A model generated the notes under the pieces. The model was not told the DNA's origin, did no database searches, and saw only the letters and a list, made by a program, of their open reading frames with translations. Both the position numbers and the translations under genes were made by a program. 64,000 bases of DNA from an uncultured Rhizobiaceae group bacterium (GTDB taxonomy: Bacteria; Pseudomonadota; Alphaproteobacteria; Rhizobiales; Rhizobiaceae). This document shows positions 39,988 to 50,766 of this stretch, piece after piece. Numbering within the stretch: position 1 is the stretch's first letter; each line of letters opens with the position of its first letter. The stretch is taken from NCBI GenBank assembly GCA_937930635.1, contig CALHCF010000009.1, forward strand, positions 68,702 to 132,701. Reading direction: 5' to 3'.

Positions 39988-41298
39988 CTATCCTTTGGGT
40001 CTGTTATCGATGACACGCTGGGCTTTACCTTCACTGCGCGCAACCTGCCCCTCTTCTTCAACAACTATCCTGGCAGTAATGCCAATCACGTCCTTGATAC
40101 GTTGGGCCAGCTCGCCAGCGGCAACGTTCCGGGACTCCTGATCGGTTCCGCTTTTGCAGGCTTCGACATGAATAATCATCGCGTCCATACGGTCATCACG
40201 AACCAGCTCAATTTGAAAATGGGGTGCAAGGGCGTCCACCTTCATCAGCTGTTCTTCGATCTGGGTCGGGAACACATTGACCCCACGCAGGATGATCATG
40301 TCATCCGACCGCCCGGTAATTTTTTCCATCCGTCGCATGGACCGGGCCGTACCCAGCAGGAGACGGCTAAGATCACGTGTGCGATACCGGATGATCGGAA
40401 ACGCCTCTTTGGTCAGCGACGTGAAAACCAGTTCGCCCATCTCACCATCCGGCACCGGCTCTCCGGTTTCCGGATTGATGATCTCAGGGAAAAAATGGTC
40501 CTCCCAGATGGTAGGACCGTCTTTGGTTTCGACGCACTCATTGGCAACGCCAGGCCCTATCACCTCGGACAGGCCATAAATATCCACCGCGTGCATATCG
40601 AAGGCTTCTTCAATCTCGCGACGCATGGCATTGGTCCACGGCTCCGCACCAAATATGCCGACATCCAAGGATGTATCACGCGGATCAATGCCTTGATTCC
40701 GGCACTCATCCAGCAGCGACAGCGCGTAAGAGGGCGTCACCATAATTGTGCTCGGTTTGAAATCATTGATCAGCGTGATTTGCCGTGCCGTCATACCGCC
40801 GCCGACAGGAACGACGGTGCAGCCAAGTTTTTCAGCCCCATAGTGAGCGCCCAGCCCGCCGGTGAACAACCCATAACCATAGGCAACATGAACCATGTCT
40901 CCCGGTCGCGTTCCCGAGGCGCGCATGGAGCGTGCAACACAGGTTGCCCATGTGTCGATGTCCTTTGCGGTATAACCAACGACGGTTGGCTTGCCGGTGG
41001 TCCCGGAAGACGCATGGATGCGAACTATCTGCTCGCGGGGGACGGCAAACATGCCAAAGGGGTAATTGTCACGCAGATCGCTTTTCAGCGTGAACGGAAA
41101 CTTGGACAGATCGGACAGCGATTTAAGGTCGTCGGGATGCACTCCGGCTGCATCAAAACTCCTGGTATAGTGGGGAACATTCGCATAGGCATGGGCTAGC
41201 GACCACTTCAGCCGTTCCAGTTGCAAAGCTTCGATCTCATCGCGCGACGCAATTTCAATTGGATCGAGGGATGAACGATCCGGCGTAAGGTCTTTCAT
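39988..41298 (-). CDS. paaK: Phenylacetate-CoA ligase
   Basis: HASSGTTGKP, YGYGLFTGGLG, FGAEPW, DIYGLSE, GRSDDM. Confidence 0.95.
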   Translation of the reverse strand: MKDLTPDRSSLDPIEIASRDEIEALQLERLKWSLAHAYANVPHYTRSFDAAGVHPDDLKSLSDLSKFPFTLKSDLRDNYPFGMFAVPREQIVRIHASSGTTGKPTVVGYTAKDIDTWATCVARSMRASGTRPGDMVHVAYGYGLFTGGLGAHYGAEKLGCTVVPVGGGMTARQITLINDFKPSTIMVTPSYALSLLDECRNQGIDPRDTSLDVGIFGAEPWTNAMRREIEEAFDMHAVDIYGLSEVIGPGVANECVETKDGPTIWEDHFFPEIINPETGEPVPDGEMGELVFTSLTKEAFPIIRYRTRDLSRLLLGTARSMRRMEKITGRSDDMIILRGVNVFPTQIEEQLMKVDALAPHFQIELVRDDRMDAMIIHVEACKSGTDQESRNVAAGELAQRIKDVIGITARIVVEEEGQVARSEGKAQRVIDNRPKG

Positions 41299-41380
41299 AG
41301 CCGTGATTTTCCAAGAATATGTCTAAGTCCTGCCACCAACTGTCTGCCAGATGGAGTTTGGGTGTCAACGCATAAGGTTG

Positions 41381-42355
41381 TCAGACGCGCGTCGCATTGA
41401 TGATTTTCATGGCTCCCTGTTCAACCAATGCCAGTCCGACCCTGCGGCCAAGCTCGCGGGGGTAATCGGCCTCGCCGGTCGCGTCATGGCGCAAAATTGT
41501 TTTACCATCCAATGTCATCACCGCAGCACTGAGGTGCATCTCACCGTTTTCCAGCACGGCATGAGCGGCAATGGGTGAATTGCAATGACCGTCCAGCACC
41601 CACAGCACCTCACGCTCCGCTTCCGCACAGGAGCGTGCTTCGGCGTTATCAATCTTCGCCAGCTGTTCGCGGGTTTTCCAGTCATCAGCAGCGCATTCAA
41701 CGGCAACAATGCCCTGCCCAACGGCCGGCAGCATTTCGCCGGTGCTGAAACTGTAGGAAATACGATCCGCCATACCAACGCGCGACAGGCCGGAAGTTGC
41801 GAGCAGAATGGCATCAGCGGGTCCCACCTGCGACCCATCAGGCAAATTCTGAAGAAGCCCCTTGTCCAGCTTGTTGATGCGGGTATCAGCTGCACCACGG
41901 AAATGGATAACTTCGATATCGGGAAACAGCTTACTGATAAGGGCCGCACGGCGCACCGAATTTGTGCCAAGCCTGTATCCTGCTCCCCCCTCGCTTTTCA
42001 ATTCGTCCATCGTCAGACCGGGCTTGAGGACAAGTGAGTCTGTTGGGTCATCGCGCTTTAGATAAGCTGCGATCACCAGTCCCGGCACTTCTTCGTTTCC
42101 CGGCATATCCTTGAGAGAGTGCATCGCACACTGACACCGTCCGGCCAGCACATCGGCTCGAATTTCGGCGACAAATGCACCGCCCTTGCCACCATGGCGA
42201 TCAAGCTTGCTGACCTGATCACGATCACCACGGGGTTCGTTTTCAGCAATACCGACCTCAATTCCCGGTATAACCACCCGCAACCGGCTGGCGACCTCGT
42301 TGGTCTGAGCCAGAGCCATGGTACTCTTACGGGTCGCAATCAAAAAAGCACTCAA
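41381..42355 (-). CDS. hemC: Hydroxymethylbilane synthase (divergent paralog)
   Basis: TRKS.MALAQT, HSLKDMP, GTNSVRR, LPAVGQG, LDGHCNSP (cofactor-binding Cys); atypical GGKGGAF and RGAADTR. Confidence 0.82.
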   Translation of the reverse strand: MSAFLIATRKSTMALAQTNEVASRLRVVIPGIEVGIAENEPRGDRDQVSKLDRHGGKGGAFVAEIRADVLAGRCQCAMHSLKDMPGNEEVPGLVIAAYLKRDDPTDSLVLKPGLTMDELKSEGGAGYRLGTNSVRRAALISKLFPDIEVIHFRGAADTRINKLDKGLLQNLPDGSQVGPADAILLATSGLSRVGMADRISYSFSTGEMLPAVGQGIVAVECAADDWKTREQLAKIDNAEARSCAEAEREVLWVLDGHCNSPIAAHAVLENGEMHLSAAVMTLDGKTILRHDATGEADYPRELGRRVGLALVEQGAMKIINATRV

Positions 42356-42456
42356 AGCCGGGCCTTATCTCTGCGGCGAAACAGACGCGCGCAGTCAAAT
42401 CTCATTGAAGTGGTGAATAGTGCAGCGAGCGTCATGGTGCAATGATGGACGATGAA

Positions 42457-43650
42457 TCAAGTTACGGCCTGCCGAATGCGGTATTCCTCGCAATCCCAGG
42501 CTCTGGTGCTCATCACATTGTCGATGATCTCGACCGCTTTCATCACATCGGCCTCATCAATGTATAAGGGGGTAAAACCGAAACGCATGATGTTTGGTGC
42601 GCGAAAATCTCCGATGACACCTCTGGCGATTGCCGCCTTCATGGCCGCATATCCTTGTTCAAAATGCAAAGACACCTGCGACCCACGTAGTTCAGGATTA
42701 CGAGGACTGGCCAACGTCAGCATGGGACAACGGCGTTCAATTTCGTGAATAAACAGCTCAGTCAATTCAATCGACTTCATTCTGACATCAGCCATATCAA
42801 TGCCCTCCCAGATATCGAGAGAAGCATCCAGCGCTGATAGTTGCAGCACGGGCGGCGTGCCAACACGAAAACGGTCGATCCCTTCTCCGGCCCGATAATC
42901 AAGATCAAACGCAAAGGGCGCTTCATGGCCGAGCCATCCCGAAAGAGCCGGTTGCGCCACATCAGCCAGATCGGGTCGCACATAGATAAATGCCGGCGCG
43001 CCGGGGCTGCCGTTGAGATATTTATAGGTGCATCCCACGGCGAAATCGGCATTGCACCCGGCAAGATCAACGGGAACAGCGCCTGCTGAATGGGCCAGAT
43101 CCCAGATCACCAGGGCTCCCACATCATGAGCCTTGCGGGTCAAAGCAGCCATATCGTGCATTCTGCCCGTGCGGTAGTCGATCTGGGTCAGCATCAATAC
43201 TGCAACATCATCGTTGAGAGCAGTTTCAACATCTTCCGGCTCGACCATCTGCAGCTGATGCCCCTTGTCCAGCGACCGCATCAGACCTTCCGCCATGTAG
43301 AGATCGGTGGGGAAATTGCCGGTATCGGACAGGACGATTTTTCGCTCCGGCCGCATTTCCAACGCAGAAGCCAGCGCCTGATAGACTTTGATCGATAAAG
43401 TGTCGCCCATCACGACCGAGCCTGCGGGCGCGCCAATCAGGTGTCCAACACGGTCGCCAACCCGGCGTGGCATGTCCATCCAACCGGCGTTATTCCATGC
43501 CCGTATGATCAATTCACCCCATTCATCCTGAATGATGGAATTGACATGGTCCTTTACCGCTCTGGGCAAAGGCCCAAGCGAATTGCCATTGAGATAGATC
43601 AGCCCTTCCGGGATATAGAATTTTGTTTTGATGGCACTGAAATCAATCAC
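42457..43650 (-). CDS. kynU: Kynureninase
   Basis: YLNGNSLG, NFPTDLY, WDLAHSAG, GCTYKYLNG, RGSQVS. Confidence 0.93.
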   Translation of the reverse strand: MIDFSAIKTKFYIPEGLIYLNGNSLGPLPRAVKDHVNSIIQDEWGELIIRAWNNAGWMDMPRRVGDRVGHLIGAPAGSVVMGDTLSIKVYQALASALEMRPERKIVLSDTGNFPTDLYMAEGLMRSLDKGHQLQMVEPEDVETALNDDVAVLMLTQIDYRTGRMHDMAALTRKAHDVGALVIWDLAHSAGAVPVDLAGCNADFAVGCTYKYLNGSPGAPAFIYVRPDLADVAQPALSGWLGHEAPFAFDLDYRAGEGIDRFRVGTPPVLQLSALDASLDIWEGIDMADVRMKSIELTELFIHEIERRCPMLTLASPRNPELRGSQVSLHFEQGYAAMKAAIARGVIGDFRAPNIMRFGFTPLYIDEADVMKAVEIIDNVMSTRAWDCEEYRIRQAVT

Positions 43651-43938
43651 AGGCAGCGTCCAGGGTCCTACGGCTTTGATTTTATCATGTGCATCGCTCG
43701 TTCACCCAGGTCAATATGAAGAGTGCCAGGTGTTGCGATCAAGGTATCGACGGTTAACGCATTGGCGCTCAAGGCTCCGGTCGCTCCGCGATCAGGGTAA
43801 TGTTCAGGCGCAACCCGTTTGGGAGAGCAAACCACAGTTTCCTGCTCTCGTGCGTGATCTTGCCGCACAACCCATGAGACTTTGAACAAGCCGACTCGCG
43901 GCCTTGCCTTCCCAAACCTGTTGAGACAATCTCACGCC

Positions 43939-44352
43939 ATGAAACTCGAACTCCACCATGTCAATCTCGCGACGACCAACGTAAGAGAGATGGACAATTT
44001 TTACCGCAATATCATCGGTTTGGCCGCTGAGTCTGAAAGCCAGCTGCCGCCGCTCAACAAGGAAACCGGCATTGTCGGCGATGTCGCCTTTGTTACCGAT
44101 GGTACAATTCAGATGCATCTGGCACAAAAGGATATGGCGCTGGGTTTCAGGACCGGCCAGGTCGTCAACCCGCTTGCGCGCGGGCATATCGCTTACCGGA
44201 CCGATGATCTTGACGCTTTCAGGAAACATCTCGAAGAACATGGAATTGACTATTCCGACTGGGGCAATGATGCCGTTGCCGGGTGGCAGCAAATATTCTT
44301 TTATGACCCGGACGGGAATGTGATCGAAGTGCATCAGCCCAAAACCGACTAG
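43939..44352 (+). CDS. VOC (glyoxalase/bleomycin resistance) family protein
   Basis: LHHVNL..FY..IIG, HIAYRTDD, FFYDPDGNVIEV. Confidence 0.88.
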   Translation: MKLELHHVNLATTNVREMDNFYRNIIGLAAESESQLPPLNKETGIVGDVAFVTDGTIQMHLAQKDMALGFRTGQVVNPLARGHIAYRTDDLDAFRKHLEEHGIDYSDWGNDAVAGWQQIFFYDPDGNVIEVHQPKTD

Positions 44353-44553
44353 GACAGATCAGTTTTTTCACCTCAACTTCAACTTTAACTTTAACGCTAC
44401 GAGAAATTTACAAGCTAAACAGAGTTTGCTGCACTGCTGCCCACTGAGCGCTGATTACGTGCAACAAGCTGTGAATGATAAAAATCAAATTTTGAAATGC
44501 GTATCACCATTCTGGCCTAAGCGGTGTTGATGTTTCAGGGAATCGGGATGGGA

Positions 44554-45627
44554 ATGCAACGCAACATCGTATTGGCACTTTTATCATTGCTGGTTGCGGC
44601 CTGTGCCGGACCGGGATCGCCGCTCACCAAAAACGGCGTTGCCTATGTGACCCCAAAGGCAAAAGCCCATCATGACGGCAGGCATTTCAGAAATACAGGA
44701 CGGTTCACGCCAAGCCCCGGCGGTCGTTGGACAGACCTTGCTTTGGACCCCTATCGTCGAACGGCCAAGCTCCCCGCCAATCACGTGCTGGCTCCGCCAC
44801 TGGCAAGAAAATCACTGTCACTTTCCAGAAACCACCCTGTTGCGGTGACATGGATCGGTCACTCCACGTTTCTAATTCGTGCGGGGGGGAAATGGCTGCT
44901 GACGGATCCGGTTTTTTCAAACTACGCCACGCCCATACCGCCCATCGGACCAAAACGACTGATACCGCCGGGATTGGAGATCGAAGATCTTCCGCCCATC
45001 GATGCAATCCTGCTGTCCCACAATCACTATGACCACACGGATTTCCCGTCCCTGGCCAAACTGGCAAAGCGCAACCCGAAATCACGCGTGTTCATTCCTC
45101 TGGGGAATGCAAGGACAGTCCGGCAGGCAGGGTTCACCGACATCGTTGAGGCTGACTGGTTTGAAGAAAACAATCTGGGAAAACTGGCTGTTACCGCGCT
45201 GCCTGCGATCCACTCGTCCCAGCGTGGTTTGTTTGATGAAAATCGAGCGCTTTGGGGCGGATGGTCTTTAAACACCGGCCGCAGAAAAATTTACTTTGCT
45301 GGAGATTCCGCGGCAGGTTCCTTTATCCATCAGATCCGTAAACGCCTCGGCGTTCATCAGATCGCCGTGGTTCCGATTGGCGGATACACGCCAAGACATG
45401 TGGAAAAAGGCGAGCACGCCACACCGGAGGAAGCCGTAGCTCTGGCTCGAGCGGTGGGCGCATCAGATATCATCCCCATGCATTGGGGCACATTTGCACT
45501 GACCGGAGAACCTATCGTGGAACAGCGTGACCGGTTTTTGGCAGCACCGACACCCAAGGCCGAAAAACATCTTCTGCGTATCGGTGAAACAATCGGGTTG
45601 CCACGGCGTTCTCCAGCCGGGAGTTGA
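44554..45627 (+). CDS. MBL-fold metallo-hydrolase lipoprotein (NAPE-PLD/RomA-like)
   Basis: Lipobox LVAAC, WIGHST, LTDPVFS, SHNHYDH, AGDS, PMHWGTF. Confidence 0.88.
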   Translation: MQRNIVLALLSLLVAACAGPGSPLTKNGVAYVTPKAKAHHDGRHFRNTGRFTPSPGGRWTDLALDPYRRTAKLPANHVLAPPLARKSLSLSRNHPVAVTWIGHSTFLIRAGGKWLLTDPVFSNYATPIPPIGPKRLIPPGLEIEDLPPIDAILLSHNHYDHTDFPSLAKLAKRNPKSRVFIPLGNARTVRQAGFTDIVEADWFEENNLGKLAVTALPAIHSSQRGLFDENRALWGGWSLNTGRRKIYFAGDSAAGSFIHQIRKRLGVHQIAVVPIGGYTPRHVEKGEHATPEEAVALARAVGASDIIPMHWGTFALTGEPIVEQRDRFLAAPTPKAEKHLLRIGETIGLPRRSPAGS

Positions 45628-45731
45628 GGTCCTTGTCTTTGATATTCACTCGTGTTGCGCTGAGACAGGGGGCGTTTTGACCGTATTTCATGGTCTTCAG
45701 TTTATGCCTGCCCGGGCCCTCACTGCTTTTG

Positions 45732-47054
45732 TCAGACATATCTGTTGACAATGTTTTCCAGCATTTCCTGACGTCCGCTTTCGGGTTGCGGATTGATATT
45801 TGCGGCCTCCACCCATTTTACGACTTCGTCCAGGGACCAGTGGCCCGCAAGCAGTTTTTGTGGCCCTTCCTGCGACCACCCGGCATAACGCTGCTCAAGC
45901 GGGTCAGACAATGCCTTGTCCTCAATCATCGCAGCCGCAGCCTTTAGCCCGCGCGCGCAGCAATCCATACCTCCAATATGAGCCATGAGCAGATCATCCG
46001 GCTGTAGCGACTGGCGGCGCAGTTTGGCATCAAAATTTGTGCCACCGGTGGTGAACCCGCCACCCTGAAGGATATGATAATAAGCCAGCGCCATTTCAGG
46101 AACATTGTTGGGGAACTGATCAGTATCCCAGCCGGATTGGTAGTCATTGCGGTTCATATCTATGGACCCTAAAATGCCTAAAGCATTTGCGAGTGCCAGT
46201 TCATGCTCGAACGTATGTCCAGCCAGAATCGCATGCCCCTGTTCGATATTGACCTTGACCTCTTTTTCCAGCCCATGGCGCTTCAAAAAGCCATAGACGG
46301 TGGCAACGTCGTAGTCATACTGGTGCTTGGTCGGCTCCTGCGGCTTGGGTTCCAACAGGATTGTTCCTGCAAAACCGATCTTGTGTTTGTAGTCGACCAC
46401 CATATTGAGGAAACGGCCCAACTGATCGTCTTCACGCTTCAGATCAGTGTTGAGCAGGGTTTCATAGCCCTCACGCCCACCCCATAAAACATAGTTTTCA
46501 CCGCCAAGTTTGTGCGTGGCGTCGATGCAGGTTTTGACAGTGGCAGCCGCAAAACCAAAGACTTCCGGGTCAGGGTTGGTGGCTGCACCGGACATGTAGC
46601 GGCGATGGGAAAACAGGTTGGCGGTCCCCCAAAGCAGCTTGATGCCCGTATCCGCCATTTTTTGCTGAAAGTAGTCGACAACTTCTTCCAGATTGCGGGT
46701 GTTTTCAGCAAAGTCCGCCCCTTCCGGACGCACATCCGCATCGTGAAAACAAAAATAGGGCACGCCCAGCGCCGTAAACATCTCGAAAGCCACATCCGCT
46801 TTCAGTTTGGCTGCCTCGATCGTATCGCCCATAGCATCAGCAAACCAAGGCCGCTCAAAGGTTTGCCCCCCGAAAGGGTCGCTGCCCGGCCAGCAAAAAT
46901 TGTGCCAATAACATACGGCGAAGCGCAGGTGATCTTCCATGCGTTTACCAGCGACCATCTCATCGCGATCATAGTGGCGGAAGGCTAGCGGGTTGGTGCT
47001 TTGCGGCCCCTCAAAGGGGATCTTTGTCGTGTCACCAAAAAAACCGGTCGTCAT
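45732..47054 (-). CDS. xylA: Xylose isomerase
   Basis: CYWH, CFHD, WGGREG, EPKPQEP, GWDTDQF; start MTTGFF overlaps the xylB stop. Confidence 0.97.
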   Translation of the reverse strand: MTTGFFGDTTKIPFEGPQSTNPLAFRHYDRDEMVAGKRMEDHLRFAVCYWHNFCWPGSDPFGGQTFERPWFADAMGDTIEAAKLKADVAFEMFTALGVPYFCFHDADVRPEGADFAENTRNLEEVVDYFQQKMADTGIKLLWGTANLFSHRRYMSGAATNPDPEVFGFAAATVKTCIDATHKLGGENYVLWGGREGYETLLNTDLKREDDQLGRFLNMVVDYKHKIGFAGTILLEPKPQEPTKHQYDYDVATVYGFLKRHGLEKEVKVNIEQGHAILAGHTFEHELALANALGILGSIDMNRNDYQSGWDTDQFPNNVPEMALAYYHILQGGGFTTGGTNFDAKLRRQSLQPDDLLMAHIGGMDCCARGLKAAAAMIEDKALSDPLEQRYAGWSQEGPQKLLAGHWSLDEVVKWVEAANINPQPESGRQEMLENIVNRYV

Positions 47055-48505
47055 GAAATTGCTCCTGAAAGTGCGGGGTAGAGAGCGCGGTAGCGCTGAT
47101 AGGAAGCCTCGTAGGCTGGTTGTAAAGTTGCGTCTGGTTCGAAACTGCGGGCAATCGGTGGGGCAGTGCATGCTATTGCAGGATCAGCCCCCTCAGCCGC
47201 CAAAAGGCCCAATCGTGCGGCGCCGAATGCTGCTCCAAAATCACTATCCCTGGGAAGATCAAGCGGCAGATTGAGCGCATTGGCAACGATCTGCAACCAA
47301 TGGGTTGAGCGGGTTCCGCCGCCCACGGCCATCACGCGATCAAGATCAGTGCCCGCCATTTTCAGCGCTTCAAGGGAATCGCGAAGTGCAAACGCAACAC
47401 CTTCCAGCACGGCCCGGGTCATCTCCCGGCGGTCATGAGCATGGTCGAGACCAACAAATGCACCCCGAACCCTGGCGTCATTGTGGGGTGTTCGCTCACC
47501 GGCCAGATAAGGCAAGAAGGTCAGACCGGTCGGTGATATAACTTCATCACCCAGTTCTGTTGTCAGTTCCTGCGGCGACCGGTCCGCCACCCCGGACCAC
47601 CAATTCAACGAATCCGTCGCTGACAGGAAGACCCCCATCTGGTGCCAGGTGTTTGGAACAGCATGGCAGAATGTGTGTACCGCACTTTCAGGATTGGGCA
47701 GATAAGAGGCGTTGGATGCAAATAACACGCCAGAGGTTCCCAGCGATACAAACGCCGAACCCGGGGCAATTGTACCCAGGCCGATTGCGGAAGCGGCGTT
47801 ATCTCCGGCTCCTCCCGCCACGACAACGTTGCCACCCATACCCCAGCGTGATGCAAGCTCTGCACGCAAGGTGCCAGAAACGTCGCTGCCCTCCACAAGG
47901 CGCGGCATGTGGGATTCGTCCAGATTGGTTGCTTGCAGAAGTTCAGGCGACCATGCCCGTTTTTCAACATCAAGCCAGCTTGTACCGGCCGCATCGGACA
48001 TTTCCGACACGTGTTCTCCAGTCAGCCATAAGCGCAAATAATCTTTTGGCAGCAGGACTTTAGACACTCTTTTGAAGATATCTGGTTCGTTATTTTTTAC
48101 CCAGACCAGTTTTGGAGCGGTGAAACCGGGAAAGACGATATTGCCTGAAACCTGCCGAAATTTCGGATCGGCATCGAGGTGCGCTGCTTCCTTGTGACTG
48201 CGGGCATCATTCCACAAAATACAGGGGCGAAGCACCTGATCCTGGGCATCAAGCAGCGTTGCCCCATGCATCTGACCTGAAAACCCGATGCCCTTTACCA
48301 AAGCCAGTTGCGGTCCATGGCTTCGCTTCACTTCGTCAAGAGCGGCCCCTGTGGCAAAAAGCCATGAATCAGCATCCTGCTCGGACCAGCCGGATTGCGG
48401 TCGCGAAACTTCCAGGGGGGCCGTTGCCGAGGTGATGACCTTTTGATCGGCATCCATCAGCAATGCTTTGACACCGGAAGTGCCGAGATCAAGACCAAGA
48501 TACAT
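47051..48505 (-). CDS. xylB: Xylulokinase
   Basis: [34 protein letters not shown]. Confidence 0.96.
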   Translation of the reverse strand: MYLGLDLGTSGVKALLMDADQKVITSATAPLEVSRPQSGWSEQDADSWLFATGAALDEVKRSHGPQLALVKGIGFSGQMHGATLLDAQDQVLRPCILWNDARSHKEAAHLDADPKFRQVSGNIVFPGFTAPKLVWVKNNEPDIFKRVSKVLLPKDYLRLWLTGEHVSEMSDAAGTSWLDVEKRAWSPELLQATNLDESHMPRLVEGSDVSGTLRAELASRWGMGGNVVVAGGAGDNAASAIGLGTIAPGSAFVSLGTSGVLFASNASYLPNPESAVHTFCHAVPNTWHQMGVFLSATDSLNWWSGVADRSPQELTTELGDEVISPTGLTFLPYLAGERTPHNDARVRGAFVGLDHAHDRREMTRAVLEGVAFALRDSLEALKMAGTDLDRVMAVGGGTRSTHWLQIVANALNLPLDLPRDSDFGAAFGAARLGLLAAEGADPAIACTAPPIARSFEPDATLQPAYEASYQRYRALYPALSGAIS

Positions 48506-48669
48506 AAGTCGAACCCACCCTTTCGCTTCCCGTCATTGTTGCAGGAAAGAATGCGATGGAGAAGGCAGTCGCTGTGGCAAGCACAACACTATCTTCAGCC
48601 AACCGCTGTTGTCGTTGTGTCTGCTATGGCAGTCTTGAGCATCGAGCACCATTGCATTCAGTATTTTCG

Positions 48670-49854
48670 TTGACCAAGCATAAAAAACCTTGCCGATACC
48701 ACGCCATTGTCTGGCCACTGGCCATCGGACAGACAATGATCTGGGCGGCGATTTTCTATCTCTTTCCTGCGCTATTGCCGGTCTGGGAACACGAAACCGG
48801 ATGGTCCAAGCCTGAATTGACGGGCGCGTTTACACTGGCCCTGCTGGTAGCTGCGGTTGCATCCCCCGCCATGGGACGTTTCATCGATAATGGAAGGGGA
48901 AAAGGCTTCATGCTGGGTGGGGCGGTTGTAGCCGCACTGGCCCTGGTGGCGCTATCGCAAGTCACATCACTCTGGCAATTTTATATGGTCTGGTTCGTCC
49001 TGGGCTTATGCATGGCCGCAAGTCTCTATGAACCCTGTTTTGCCCTGTTGGTCCGGCATCTTGGAAACGACGCGAAAAATGCCATCACACGTGTCACGCT
49101 GGTCGCGGGTCTTGCCGGGACAGTCTCTTACCCCACCGCTGCTCTTCTGGCCGCATCAATCGGCTGGCGCAACGCGGTCATTGTTTTTGCAGGGCTGATT
49201 TGCGCACTGACCCTGCCCTCAACCTGGATTGGCCTTCGCAAGCTTTCAGCCATTGTTCCCGACTGGGAAGCAAATGAGGCGCGACCGGGTTCAAATCAGG
49301 TCGGCCGGGGACCGTTCTGGCCGCTGGCCATTGCTTTTACCTTGATCGCACTGAACCACGGGATGATCATCACCCACCTGCTGCCGCTGCTCGCCGAACG
49401 GGGTGTGATGACAGCAAGCGCTGTTCTGGCCGCATCGCTTATCGGGCCAATGCAGGTGACAGGACGCATCGTCATGCTGCTCATGGAAAAGCGCACCACA
49501 ACGCTTATGACTACCTTTGCCTGCTTTTGCGGCATGATCCTTGCCGCGCTCGCACTCATGGCGGCCGGGGCAAATCTGACGCTGGTGCTGGTCTTTGTCA
49601 TTTTTCACGGGGCCGCTTACGGCGTCACCAGCATTGTGCGCCCCGTCATGACCCGCGAGCTGTTGGGTTCACAGAATTTCGGACTAATCTCCGGGCGGAT
49701 TGGCGGGTTGTTCATGCTGGGAACAGCGGTGGCGCCGTTCACCGGTGCTTTGATCTGGCAGGTCGCCGGTTACCAGACCATGTTGATGATGGTTCTCGCA
49801 CTGACCCTTTTGGGCGCCGGTCTATTGTTCGTCGCGGCCCGCAGGACCCGGTAA
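48670..49854 (+). CDS. MFS transporter
   Basis: About 12 hydrophobic segments, GRFID, LYEPCFA, ITRVTLVAGLAGT, GPMQVTGR; start uncertain (TTG 48670 or ATG 48736). Confidence 0.85.
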   Translation: MTKHKKPCRYHAIVWPLAIGQTMIWAAIFYLFPALLPVWEHETGWSKPELTGAFTLALLVAAVASPAMGRFIDNGRGKGFMLGGAVVAALALVALSQVTSLWQFYMVWFVLGLCMAASLYEPCFALLVRHLGNDAKNAITRVTLVAGLAGTVSYPTAALLAASIGWRNAVIVFAGLICALTLPSTWIGLRKLSAIVPDWEANEARPGSNQVGRGPFWPLAIAFTLIALNHGMIITHLLPLLAERGVMTASAVLAASLIGPMQVTGRIVMLLMEKRTTTLMTTFACFCGMILAALALMAAGANLTLVLVFVIFHGAAYGVTSIVRPVMTRELLGSQNFGLISGRIGGLFMLGTAVAPFTGALIWQVAGYQTMLMMVLALTLLGAGLLFVAARRTR

Positions 49855-49872
49855 GCCAGAATAGTTCGACGG

Positions 49873-50766
49873 TTAGCCGCCGAGGAACAACTGTCCCACT
49901 TTTGGATTGGCGAGCAACTCGTCGCCCTTGCCGGCAATCGCGATTTCGCCGCTCACCAGAACATAACCAATATCGGCAAACTCCAGACCCTTCTTGGCGT
50001 TCTGCTCAACCATGATGATGGTCTTCCCGTCATCATGTTGCAGCCCATGCAGGATCTCAAAAACCATATCGATGAACCGGGGTTCCAGACCGATAGATGG
50101 TTCATCCACCAGCAGCACTTCCGGGTTCATAACCAGCGCACGCGAAATCTCCAGCAGACGGCGCTCACCCCCGGACAGAACTTTCGCAAGATGTTTACGG
50201 CGTGCTGCCAGACGCGGATATTTGTCGAAAATCATCTCGGCGGCCTGCTTGGCCTCAGCAACCTCATCCTTCAAAAACCCGCCCATCCAGAGGTTTTCTT
50301 CCACCGTCATTCCAGGAAAAACGGATTTGTCCTGAAGAATATAGGCGATACCGGCCTGCGAGAGCTTCTGGTTTGGCGAAAGCTTCGTAACATCAGCCTT
50401 TTCTTCACCATCGCCAATTTTGATTTTGCCGGAGAAGATGTTGTTGAAGCCAAAAATGGCATGGAGAATGGTCGACTTGCCGGCTCCGTTCGGCCCGATG
50501 AGGCAAAGGGACTGCTTGCGGCCAACACGCAAATTGATGTTGTGCAGGATCTCCATCTTGCCATAGCCGGCACGCAAATCTTCAATCGTCACATACGGGT
50601 CACCGCCGACAAGGGCATCGAGTTGCTCGACCGGGACTTCCACCGACATTTCCCGGGCCTGCCGGTTAACATCCTCAACCGATATGACGGTATCCACACC
50701 ACCGGAGCCGTAGCCTGAGATCGATTTTTCCGTTGCGGGATCGTTGGTTTTACCTGTCTCACTCAT
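49873..50766 (-). CDS. Liv-type ABC ATP-binding protein (LivF-like, N-terminal extension)
   Basis: GPNGAGKST, LSGGERR, VDEPSIGL. Confidence 0.92.
   Translation of the reverse strand: MSETGKTNDPATEKSISGYGSGGVDTVISVEDVNRQAREMSVEVPVEQLDALVGGDPYVTIEDLRAGYGKMEILHNINLRVGRKQSLCLIGPNGAGKSTILHAIFGFNNIFSGKIKIGDGEEKADVTKLSPNQKLSQAGIAYILQDKSVFPGMTVEENLWMGGFLKDEVAEAKQAAEMIFDKYPRLAARRKHLAKVLSGGERRLLEISRALVMNPEVLLVDEPSIGLEPRFIDMVFEILHGLQHDDGKTIIMVEQNAKKGLEFADIGYVLVSGEIAIAGKGDELLANPKVGQLFLGG

Noticed and set aside
39910-41199. 429-aa + strand ORF
   Set aside because: Antisense shadow of paaK
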